Origin: Candidatus Thorarchaeota archaeon
GTDB lineage: Archaea; Asgardarchaeota; Thorarchaeia; Thorarchaeales; Thorarchaeaceae
DNA: 55,579 bases
Direction of reading: 5' to 3'
Assembly (NCBI GenBank): GCA_029858305.1
Contig: JAOUFI010000008.1
Span: 1-55,579 of the forward strand
Shown: positions 28,560-37,214 of the stretch, piece by piece
How the letters are laid out: each line of letters opens with the position of its first letter
Position numbering within the stretch: the first letter of the stretch is position 1
Notes under the pieces: model-generated
The model's database searches: none
Seen by the model: only the letters and a program-made list of their open reading frames with translations
Told to the model about the DNA's origin: nothing
Made by a program: the position numbers and the translations under genes

Positions 28560-28901
28560 TTGATACTCATTATCATGGGGGCGCAAGTCAACATTCAATC
28601 ATCGAATTACCTCGTTCACGATGCCAGAGGTCTTCTAGAGAATGATATCGTCTATTATACTGCAGTCAAGATCGCAGATGCGATCATGGAGGGAATAAAT
28701 CAACTGACCTATTCCAACACAATTGAGTTAGCAACTCTGTTTATCACAAGCTCTGGTGCTCAACTCGTGCTCCTGGCGAGGTCATTTGACAAAGAACTCA
28801 TTGCACCAGCATTCCGTAGCATGTTGCGCGGCGTGACTTTTGATACTGAATCTGGGTATCTTCACAAGTATGTGATTCCCATCCTTGAAAACGAGAGTTG
28901 A
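28560..28901 (+). CDS. Hypothetical protein (start probably at MGAQV)
   Basis: About 108 aa, globular composition, fills the gap before the aminotransferase. Confidence 0.55.
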   Translation: MILIIMGAQVNIQSSNYLVHDARGLLENDIVYYTAVKIADAIMEGINQLTYSNTIELATLFITSSGAQLVLLARSFDKELIAPAFRSMLRGVTFDTESGYLHKYVIPILENES

Positions 28902-29015
28902 GTCACGAAATTAACAAAGCTCTTCATGTTTATGGAAGAATTGCCAATCACTCGAACTTGAGTAGAATTCATTAGTCACTATATCTCCTTTTAATTGAAC
29001 CACTAGGAGACAATT

Positions 29016-30149
29016 GTGATGAAGCTTGAGCGTTTTAATCTTGAACGTATTCAATCTGAATGGGAGCACCGTGTAGAGCTCAATCTGAGTGAGAGTGGAG
29101 TCGAGCCGCTTAGAATCAGAGAGTTGCTTAACACTCCTGAACTGAAAGAACAGCTTTTGGACATCCAATTAGGCTATTCTCAAACCAATGGAACAATTCC
29201 ACTAAGGCGAGCGATTGCCCAATACTATCCTGGGTGCGGAGCTGACAATATAGTTGCTACCAATGGTGGCGCGGAAGCCAACTTTCTTGTCACCTGGAGA
29301 TTCTTCCATGAAAATCCCTCTCGACATGAACTGGTGTTCATGATTCCAAATTACATGCAGATGAGTGGTGTGTGGAAATCTCTTGGAGGAAAGGTCAAAA
29401 CATTCAAGCTTAAGATTGAGAATAACAAATGGATTCCGGATATTGAGGAACTGAAGTCTCAGGTCACAAAGAAGACCATGGCTATTGCAATTTGTAACCC
29501 GAATAATCCAACGGGCTCAATCATCACTGATAGTGATTTGGAAGCAATAGTCGAAATTGCATCTGAGAAGGATGTATGGATTATCTCGGATGAAATATAC
29601 AGAGGTGCCGAATTGCAAGAAATGAAAGCACCTTCAATGCATGGCCGCTATGAAAAAACCATCATTACATCGAGTCTATCCAAGGCCTATGGCCTTCCAG
29701 GACTCCGTGTGGGTTGGGCTATTTGTCCCTCAGAACAAGTCGCCACGGAACTATGGACGTATTCTGATTATACAACTATCTGTCCTTCGAAAGTGAGTGA
29801 TTGGCTTGCAACATTGGCTCTGAATCCTAAGGTGCAGGTTATGATAGAGAAACGAACAAGACAGCATATCCGGGATAATTGGTCTATCATGCAAAAATGG
29901 CTGGATTCTCACTCTGACATACTCGAGTGTATCTCACCCTCTGCAGCTGCTATATGCTTTATCAAACAAAATACTGGAATACCATCCTTGGATCTGGTGA
30001 TGCGGCTCATAAAAGAGAAGAGTGTTCTGATATCTCCTGGCGAGTATTTTGAGATGCCTGGATTCATTCGGATTGGATTTGGCTCCAGGAAAGAGTATCT
30101 TCAGGAAGCATTGGGTCGGATATCTGAGCTTCTTAACTCCATGAGATAG
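29016..30149 (+). CDS. PLP-dependent aminotransferase class I/II
   Basis: CNPNNPTG, ISDEIY, SLSKAYGLPGLRVGW (PLP lysine), FIRIGF. Confidence 0.93.
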   Translation: MMKLERFNLERIQSEWEHRVELNLSESGVEPLRIRELLNTPELKEQLLDIQLGYSQTNGTIPLRRAIAQYYPGCGADNIVATNGGAEANFLVTWRFFHENPSRHELVFMIPNYMQMSGVWKSLGGKVKTFKLKIENNKWIPDIEELKSQVTKKTMAIAICNPNNPTGSIITDSDLEAIVEIASEKDVWIISDEIYRGAELQEMKAPSMHGRYEKTIITSSLSKAYGLPGLRVGWAICPSEQVATELWTYSDYTTICPSKVSDWLATLALNPKVQVMIEKRTRQHIRDNWSIMQKWLDSHSDILECISPSAAAICFIKQNTGIPSLDLVMRLIKEKSVLISPGEYFEMPGFIRIGFGSRKEYLQEALGRISELLNSMR

Positions 30150-30174
30150 TGTTTCAATTCTGTCTTAGAGAGAT

Positions 30175-31479
30175 CTATTCTGATCGAATCACATCATATA
30201 CTGTTCTGCACTTTGTACAACTGATGATCTTATTATTGTGTGTAGAATTCATATGCAGTTGTGTTCTTGCATTACAAAATGGACAGTCCGCTACGAATTC
30301 TTCAGGCTTTTGGACAATCTGCTCTGTCTGAACAATGGTCTTGATGCCTGCTGCAACGAAACGTCCAATGAATCCATAAATTATCAGATATATTCCGATT
30401 CTAATGATGAACAGTATAATCCAGACGATTGATGCACCGTTCACTCCCATCATTATTGTAAGACCTGAAATGATTGCTGCATAAGACACATCTAACAAAA
30501 TACCAGGAATTCCAAATAGATAGACCATTAGAAATAGCATGGTGCCATGAACGAAGACACTCTTCCAATATGTTGATGAATCCATTTTCCATATTAGCTT
30601 GGAGAGAAATGTGTTAATAGCTCCAAGTAGGAATAGAAATAGAATACTTGAGGGTATCATTATTAGAGACAGTGCTAGGATGTCGCCAGCTAGTATACCA
30701 ATTGCCAGGGTCAATTGTGCGCTCAGAAAAGCTACAGGTATCATGAAAAATCCAATAATAAACGACCCGAGCAACATCAAAAGTACGTATAATGTTCCAT
30801 GCGCTAAATATCTAGGCAACGTCTGCTTCAGACCTTTTTCATATGGCTGCCATTTTGAGAGATCTGGTGTAGCTAATACCATTGCTTGGCTCCTGTCCCT
30901 CGTTGTTATAATCGAGTCCTGAAGCGGGACTATTCGAGAAGCAATGGGAATATCCGAGAAGCCAATGCCAATAAATCTACCAAGGTATCCATCAATTGTG
31001 GCATAGATTATGAATCTGGGGATGGCAATGCTTACTAGAACCAGTATGTCTGGATTTGAATATAAGTAGTCAAAAAGAAGCGTTGGAATACCAGCAACAA
31101 ACATTAGGAGTGCGAGAATGCCTCCGTGTCCAAAAAGGCTTTTAATTTTCGTTGAGGGTTTTACTTTCCAAATACGTCGCGATAGCTGCACATTAATGAA
31201 ACCTATAATGATCATGCCTAGGAAGAATGCACTGCCAAGCATTACCACAACAAGTATCCATCCGACAAGATTGCTACCTGTTGCCACTTCGGCAATAACC
31301 GCCATCGCAAGGAAAAGAGTTCCTATCAATGAAAGGAGAAACACTCCAAAGACTGCCAGAACTGAGTATAATGCTCCATGTATGAAATACTTCATGAAGT
31401 CCTGCATGAAGCTTTTCTCTCGCAGCGGTTGATTCTCTATTTTAGACAATATGACAATGCCTCCAGACAAGCAAGTCAA
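30175..31479 (-). CDS. Membrane protein with two tandem copies of the paralogue-family domain and C-terminal zinc ribbon
   Basis: KYFIHG/RYLAHG, IGFIN/LGAIN, SLFGHG/SVFVHG, GYLGRF/GFIGRF; CPFC...CTKC. Confidence 0.8.
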   Translation of the reverse strand: MTCLSGGIVILSKIENQPLREKSFMQDFMKYFIHGALYSVLAVFGVFLLSLIGTLFLAMAVIAEVATGSNLVGWILVVVMLGSAFFLGMIIIGFINVQLSRRIWKVKPSTKIKSLFGHGGILALLMFVAGIPTLLFDYLYSNPDILVLVSIAIPRFIIYATIDGYLGRFIGIGFSDIPIASRIVPLQDSIITTRDRSQAMVLATPDLSKWQPYEKGLKQTLPRYLAHGTLYVLLMLLGSFIIGFFMIPVAFLSAQLTLAIGILAGDILALSLIMIPSSILFLFLLGAINTFLSKLIWKMDSSTYWKSVFVHGTMLFLMVYLFGIPGILLDVSYAAIISGLTIMMGVNGASIVWIILFIIRIGIYLIIYGFIGRFVAAGIKTIVQTEQIVQKPEEFVADCPFCNARTQLHMNSTHNNKIISCTKCRTVYDVIRSE

Positions 31480-31532
31480 TCACTGCAAAACAATTCCTCA
31501 AGATAAATCTTGGTGAAGACTTTGAACAAAGA

Positions 31533-32405
31533 TTATCCTCGGAATGAGATACCTAAGAGCTGTTCTGTCCTCTGCCACAATTGCTTTTGAAGTTCTTCAT
31601 CATAGCTGATTACTGCTGATTGTTTTGGCTTGCAATTCACAAAATACTCGCCGTTTGCTCCCTTAATCTCTGGAGAGGATGCAAGATAGATTGAGGTTTC
31701 TGCACCCTTTTCTGGACTCTTAAGCAGTGGCCCGAACATTCTAAACATAAGCTTCCTTGCCCTAGATGCGTCATTCTGCCCAAATCGCGTTCTAACAACG
31801 CCCGGGTGGAGGACATTAACGGTGACACCGGTACCATCAAGATATCGTGCTAGAGAATATGTGAACATAACATTCATGAGCTTGGCATTGGCATAGGGTC
31901 CTAACTGACCATACTTCTTTTCGCTCTGCAGATTTTCAAAGTCTATTTTCCCTCTTAGATGAGCCGCGGAGCTCACATTGATAATACGTGATGGGGCACT
32001 TGCCTTCAATCTATCTAGCAACTCATGTGTGAGAAGAAACGGCGCAAGATGATTGAGTGCAAATGTTCTCTCAAGTCCATCAATAGTCATTTCCTTCTTC
32101 GGGAAAATCCCTCCTGCATTGTTGATGAGCACATCCAATCGCGAGTGAGTCTTCTTGAAGTCTGATGCGAGTCCACGGACCTCCTCAATTGAAAACAGAT
32201 CAGCTACCATCAGTTCAATTGACTCATTTCTAGTCTCCTTTGCGATTTCCTGACGAACTTCTTCTCCAGCCTCACGATTTCTAACGGCCATCACCACAGT
32301 AGCACCCATCTTTGCCAAGGCTCGTGAAGTTTCTCCACCAATTCCAGAATTGGCGCCTGTTATCATACATACCTTGCCTGTCATATCTATTGAATACCTA
32401 TCCAT
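31533..32405 (-). CDS. Short-chain dehydrogenase/reductase (retinol dehydrogenase-like)
   Basis: TGANSGIG, NNAG, NVSS, YANAK, HPGVVRT. Confidence 0.95.
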   Translation of the reverse strand: MDRYSIDMTGKVCMITGANSGIGGETSRALAKMGATVVMAVRNREAGEEVRQEIAKETRNESIELMVADLFSIEEVRGLASDFKKTHSRLDVLINNAGGIFPKKEMTIDGLERTFALNHLAPFLLTHELLDRLKASAPSRIINVSSAAHLRGKIDFENLQSEKKYGQLGPYANAKLMNVMFTYSLARYLDGTGVTVNVLHPGVVRTRFGQNDASRARKLMFRMFGPLLKSPEKGAETSIYLASSPEIKGANGEYFVNCKPKQSAVISYDEELQKQLWQRTEQLLGISFRG

Positions 32406-32430
32406 CTCAACTTACCAACTCAAAATACTT

Positions 32431-32442
32431 TAACAATAGTTA
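32431..32442. promoter_or_regulatory. Operator-like palindrome TAACAATAGTTA
   Basis: Immediately downstream (minus strand) of the TATATATT box of the SDR gene; identical to the 20567 site. Confidence 0.65.
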
Positions 32443-32731
32443 TTAATATATAGGAGGTGACATGTTTTCTTCAATTGTGATATTCCTTTTTTCTGCAGAA
32501 CCATGCAAATTTGACATCTGTGAGAGACCAAACAGCCTTATGAAACCTTAAAACAAGTGAAAAAATATCAAGAATGTTTTTTTACACGCATAAAGTAGTC
32601 ATAGATTTGTAGACATACTAAAAGGCTACCATGTTTGATTTCTACAGGTCTCGAAACAATTGAATTTGTTTGTATTATGTCATACCCTGCAGATAGTTCT
32701 GAATAGAACTGCTGCAGGATGCAAGAAAACT

Positions 32732-32857
32732 ATGACTTTCGAAAAGAAGGATACTACAAGCAATCAGCGCCCTGCCAGAATAAAGAAACCACAAAATTCA
32801 CTGGCTGAGAATATGTCATTATACGAGTTCGCTCGTATATACTATGACGGCCCATGA
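32732..32857 (+). CDS. Micropeptide D, 41 aa (MTFEKKDTTSNQRPARIKKPQNSLAENMSLYEFARIYYDGP)
   Basis: ATG within the supplied 32660-32857 ORF; preceded by a CCTGCAG..AGTTCT/AGAACT..CTGCAGG hairpin; about 30 nt upstream of a TPR gene. Confidence 0.5.
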   Translation: MTFEKKDTTSNQRPARIKKPQNSLAENMSLYEFARIYYDGP

Positions 32858-32888
32858 TGGTGTGAATTGATGCAGGGAGGTGGAACCG

Positions 32889-33422
32889 TTGTCAGAATCC
32901 GAAATGGATGAAAAACAAATACTAGGTCATCTACAAGCTGTGATGCAGATGGTTTCAATTGCTCTCTATGAACAGGAAGGTGTTGCAGGCACTCTTGAGG
33001 GAATTGAACCAGAGTATGCATGTTTGAGATCAATGATGCTTGAACCTCAGAATCCTACGATGTGGAATGCATTCGCCATTGTGTACATGATGATCAATAT
33101 GTACGATGATGCCCAGGATGCGATAGAGAGGTCTCTGAATCTGGACACAAGCATTCCCTGGACTTGGTCCATCTGGGGTGACCTACTTAGCCTTCTTGGA
33201 GATGATACTGAATCACTGCGCGCATATCGCATGGCTGCTGAGTTGGGTTCAGAAGAACCCCATATTCTTCAACGGCTTTTACATCACTACAAAGAACGGG
33301 GATGTCATCCTGAAGCACTCTCCCTTCTGGAGCAGTTAATCCCTCAATGTCCTGATGATCAATCGTTATGGGACATCTACACCGACTGTTTCCAGCGCAT
33401 CGGCCACCAAATCCATGCATAG
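32889..33422 (+). CDS. Small acidic TPR protein
   Basis: PQNPTMWNAFAIVY, AQDAIERSLNLD, TWSIWGDLL, AYRMAAEL; GGAGGTG SD favours TTG 32889 over GTG 32880. Confidence 0.8.
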   Translation: MSESEMDEKQILGHLQAVMQMVSIALYEQEGVAGTLEGIEPEYACLRSMMLEPQNPTMWNAFAIVYMMINMYDDAQDAIERSLNLDTSIPWTWSIWGDLLSLLGDDTESLRAYRMAAELGSEEPHILQRLLHHYKERGCHPEALSLLEQLIPQCPDDQSLWDIYTDCFQRIGHQIHA

Positions 33423-33834
33423 GATAGTGTTAAAGGACGTACTTGTATTCCCCAACTGGGGTCTATCTTTGGCGAATTATAGACGTATAGCTATTGCGAC
33501 AATCACTGGTGCCCTCCTTGGCATATTATGCATCATTGGAGTCGGGGCGCGTATTCAAGGTGGTTATTCCGAAAACACAATCTACCTACTTGCCGTCTGG
33601 TATAATCGAGTAATAATGGGTCTCCTTATTGGAACAGCAGGTGATATTACCATAATCAGAAGCACCAAAGAGAAGAATTACGGAAACGCAATCCTCAGGG
33701 GTCTCATATTTGGATTAATCCTTACATCGGCAACATTATTGCTCTCCACTACTATCTTTGACCTCATTGGATGGCTTGCCGGACTCGCCTATGGTCCAAT
33801 CATCGACATAGTGGCTACGGCTATGGAGAAATAG
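33355..33834 (+). CDS. Small four-TM membrane protein (true start likely downstream, near LANYRR)
   Basis: GALLGILCIIG, WYNRVIMGLLIG, AGLAYGPIID. Confidence 0.7.
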   Translation: MINRYGTSTPTVSSASATKSMHRIVLKDVLVFPNWGLSLANYRRIAIATITGALLGILCIIGVGARIQGGYSENTIYLLAVWYNRVIMGLLIGTAGDITIIRSTKEKNYGNAILRGLIFGLILTSATLLLSTTIFDLIGWLAGLAYGPIIDIVATAMEK

Positions 33835-34276
33835 TATCAGGCAGTTCACATACGTTAAAGGGAAGCACACCAAGCTGCACCAGCAGTATGTGAGACGTTT
33901 CAACGAAACGTGTTTCATCAAATGAGTCCAATCGGTCCTCTAGTGCATTATCTAGGGTATGAGCAATGTATTCAAAATCATCAAGACTCACTGACTCATC
34001 AAAGATTCCAGATCGTTCGAGACTCTTAAAGAGTGTAAGATCATCTGAAGGGTTTTCTCCTTTCTCGAGTGTTAGAACCTTTTCAGATACATTTCGAAAT
34101 AGAAATCTCTGCATCGCAGACGAGATTGCGTCATACATTGCAGCTATCGCATCCTTTCTCATACCTTCTGAAAATCGATTCCAACTCCCCCTGACATGAA
34201 GCCTAGCTCTCATGAGGAGAGCTTCGTCTCTATCTAATGACTCATCAATAAATCCAGTATGTGGCAATGTTCTCAC
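33821..34276 (-). CDS. Hypothetical helical protein (possibly HEPN-like)
   Basis: Helical pattern DAIAAMYDAISSAM; no catalytic RxxxxH seen. Confidence 0.6.
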   Translation of the reverse strand: MRTLPHTGFIDESLDRDEALLMRARLHVRGSWNRFSEGMRKDAIAAMYDAISSAMQRFLFRNVSEKVLTLEKGENPSDDLTLFKSLERSGIFDESVSLDDFEYIAHTLDNALEDRLDSFDETRFVETSHILLVQLGVLPFNVCELPDTISP

Positions 34277-34496
34277 TATATATTAACCATAGTGAATTAC
34301 TATATACTTGTGGAAGCTGCAAAAGGCTTTCTTTTGGGATAACAATGTTCTTTTCGCACCTAATAATCCCACCAATTTCTAGATTTTTCTTTCAAAGGTT
34401 TGCTTTGATGAATTCAAAAGAAGCTATTAATTTCCACATTCCTGCCATCGAATTCCTCTAGTTACATGGGTGTGATTTATTCATGGGGATTGATGA

Positions 34497-35252
34497 TTGC
34501 ATTATGATGTGGGTTTCAGAGCTGCTGATGAATTAGTGCATACGCATGTAGGTACTGGAGTCCCAGCTCTCGATAGACTCCTCGAAGGCGGGTACGAATG
34601 TGGTCTTATGCATCTCTTCTATGGTCAACCATCCTTTCACGAAGTTCTTCTACGCGCTGCTGTGTGGGCACAGGTTCCAAAGAAGAGAGGCGGATTTGAG
34701 AGTTCCGTCATTATCATAGATAGCTCGAACATGATGGATACCTTGAAACTAGCAGACTACGCATCTGAGTATGATATGAACATCGAAGAAGTGATGGAGA
34801 ACATCTTCATCTCTCGAGCGTTCAACTCTTCTCAGACCTATGATCTTCTCATCAATCGACTCGATGAATTCCTTGAACGTGTACCTGCCAAGATGCTCTT
34901 GGTTCCGGGCTTACCCGATCTATTCACAAGTGAAGGACTTGACGCCAATCGCACGCAGCAGGTCACGCATATTGCGGCCCGTTTAATGGTGAAGACACTA
35001 GAGTATGAGCTAATCACACTTGTATCTACAAAGAGTCCTCAACCTCCAAGAGGGTTTCCTCCTGTCGGCAGAGCATTAGCAAGCAATGCGCAAGTTCACA
35101 TTCTTGTAGAACAGACACCAATGAGGACTGTCTATACCTTAACTAAGCATCCATCACTTCAGGTTCGTTCAGAGTATCAGATACGTCATAATTCTCGATT
35201 TGGAGTGACTCTACCTCTGGACCTCTTCTTCAAGGATGATCCTTCTACTTGA
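34497..35252 (+). CDS. RadA/Rad51-fold paralogue with degenerate Walker motifs
   Basis: TGVPALDRLLEGG, AQVPKKRGG, VIIIDS, NIFISRAFN; the Walker A position reads FYGQPSF (no GKT). Confidence 0.8.
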   Translation: MHYDVGFRAADELVHTHVGTGVPALDRLLEGGYECGLMHLFYGQPSFHEVLLRAAVWAQVPKKRGGFESSVIIIDSSNMMDTLKLADYASEYDMNIEEVMENIFISRAFNSSQTYDLLINRLDEFLERVPAKMLLVPGLPDLFTSEGLDANRTQQVTHIAARLMVKTLEYELITLVSTKSPQPPRGFPPVGRALASNAQVHILVEQTPMRTVYTLTKHPSLQVRSEYQIRHNSRFGVTLPLDLFFKDDPST

Positions 35253-35279
35253 ATGCTTACATGATGCAACGAATAAAAG

Positions 35280-36134
35280 CTAAAACCAGCCAAGGTCGCT
35301 CTCTATCGCATCTAAGACATCGTCAAATGGTGCCTCGTCTGATATTCGTAGAGGAATGATTACCTCCGGATCAAACCCAAGAGATACATCAAGACAGACT
35401 TTGATAAGATATGAGACTGAGATGAGATTTCCACAGAAAGCCAACTCGTGACTCCATCCCTCTCCAAGTCGGATCTCTTTCCATATGCCTAAGTCATCAG
35501 TGGAAAGAGGGTAATATCTATCATCCAGTATTGTATCTTGCTTCATCGAAAACTGGTAGCATTTCGCCTCCTCTCGCCTCTTTATCTCTAGTTGGATCCC
35601 TCTCAACCGGCTTCTCTTACTGACCATGAATCTGACATTAATGCCTCGTTTCTTTCTCAGAACATTCGAATCAAGTTGGACATGCAAACTACCAGAAGTA
35701 TCAGTCAACGGGCGAATGTCAATGTTCGATGGGATTTTCGGTGGTCGTTCTTGAAGAACATAGAATGATTCCTTCACTTTAGGATCGAGTGTCCAGTTGA
35801 CCTCGACAACACTCTCAATAGTATATTCAATAGATCCATTGTAACCCTTATAGCTTGGAGGAATCCCCTTTGGCACTCTGACAGCAAATGGAATTCGTGT
35901 GATTCCTTCAGGTACAATACCCCCCTCTAGGATTCTGAACACTCTACTGATATGGTAACTCTCCTGTGTTGTCTGATATTCCCCCGAACCATGCACTGTT
36001 TTCTCCTTGCCTATCACCTTCAGGACGACCCTGTTACAGTCAAACGATTTGCTCGTTCGAATAGTAACTTGTCCAGCTAATGTTTCTCCTGGAAAAATGC
36101 TATTTTTGTTCAAAAAAATGCCGACTGATCTCAA
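35280..36134 (-). CDS. Arrestin-fold (arrestin-N/SpoOM-like) protein
   Basis: FPGETLAGQV, LKVIGKEKT, PFAVRVP..IPPSYKG.NGSIEY, and a second beta-sandwich ending ISVSYLIKV...IPLRI. Confidence 0.82.
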   Translation of the reverse strand: MRSVGIFLNKNSIFPGETLAGQVTIRTSKSFDCNRVVLKVIGKEKTVHGSGEYQTTQESYHISRVFRILEGGIVPEGITRIPFAVRVPKGIPPSYKGYNGSIEYTIESVVEVNWTLDPKVKESFYVLQERPPKIPSNIDIRPLTDTSGSLHVQLDSNVLRKKRGINVRFMVSKRSRLRGIQLEIKRREEAKCYQFSMKQDTILDDRYYPLSTDDLGIWKEIRLGEGWSHELAFCGNLISVSYLIKVCLDVSLGFDPEVIIPLRISDEAPFDDVLDAIESDLGWF

Positions 36135-36237
36135 TCTCTCTTTTCCCTATGTTAAATTAGTTTTGAAGTCAAATAGGTTTTCGTCAAACAAGGAAATAAT
36201 CTGTGTCCACAGTTTCATTTCGATAGACCTTCCAATT

Positions 36238-37140
36238 CTAGTCCTGATACTTGCTCAATAGAACAACACCAATAATGCCGAATGCGAGACCAATTGAATA
36301 GAAAGGAATGTTTGTGATAATCTGTCCAAAGATCATTATTCCACCAAGGACTACAGCAAACATACTGACTGTTCCTGTAATTGCGTTGAATCTAGATGCT
36401 GGATTCCTTTGGAGACCTATTGATACTGTATAGATCGCTGCTATTGCAGTGAACACTCCAAGCAGGATGAGGGGGAGAAGAGCATTGATGAAGCCCTGAA
36501 TAATATCAACAGCTCCGAATAATTCCAGAGTGAACCATTGTGTGAACTGCGATGCCAATGCTTGAAAGAGTGAGGTGATTGGTGCCCAAAGAATTGCTAT
36601 TCGACTGGTACCGCTTGCCATAAGTCCAATCCCTATAAGCATAGTTGCTGAAAACAAGAGGATGCCAGTAAAGTCTGTGAACATCATTGGCTCGGTAACT
36701 CCTCCGAAAGCTATGAAGACTGGAGTAAGAATCATGAGAACGATACCGATAGCAGCTGGCAAATCGATTTTTTCACCAAGACGTCTATTTGAGAAAAACA
36801 CTAGGGCAATAAGTCCTACATTCATGAGTGGCTGAATGACCACAATCCCTGCGAGGTTTGTAGCCAACATATAGGTCAATCCACCGAGGAGAGCCATTAC
36901 AAATCCAATGACCCAGCGAGGTTTAGAGAAGAGTTTCCTCGTCTGCTTAAGCGGATTCTTGACATCAATCTCCTCCATCTCAGCAAGGGCTTCCTTTTGG
37001 ATAATGGGAGCAATATTCCACAGTAGTGATGTTATCAATGCAAGGATGATACCAAAGATATCATTCGGTATGCCAAATAGCTGCATAGCAATCAACAACG
37101 TTCCGTGTGCCTTCCTAATAAGGAGTATCATGAGTTTCAT
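36238..37140 (-). CDS. DMT-superfamily (EamA/NIPA-like) transporter
   Basis: IIQKEAL, PRWVIG, VVIQPL, LGEKI; 9-10 TM helices; start likely at MQLFG. Confidence 0.75.
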   Translation of the reverse strand: MKLMILLIRKAHGTLLIAMQLFGIPNDIFGIILALITSLLWNIAPIIQKEALAEMEEIDVKNPLKQTRKLFSKPRWVIGFVMALLGGLTYMLATNLAGIVVIQPLMNVGLIALVFFSNRRLGEKIDLPAAIGIVLMILTPVFIAFGGVTEPMMFTDFTGILLFSATMLIGIGLMASGTSRIAILWAPITSLFQALASQFTQWFTLELFGAVDIIQGFINALLPLILLGVFTAIAAIYTVSIGLQRNPASRFNAITGTVSMFAVVLGGIMIFGQIITNIPFYSIGLAFGIIGVVLLSKYQD

Positions 37141-37214
37141 TAACCTAGGAGATTCGAGGAAATTATACGGATTTAGGATTATATCCTAAATTCGTTGGAG
37201 GGTTAACATGGGAC

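Noticed and set aside
32452-32551. 29-aa ORF after a perfect AGGAGGTGA
   Set aside because: The SD is only 1 nt from the ATG, the site overlaps the opposite-strand SDR promoter, and the peptide lacks the family motif; not supportable
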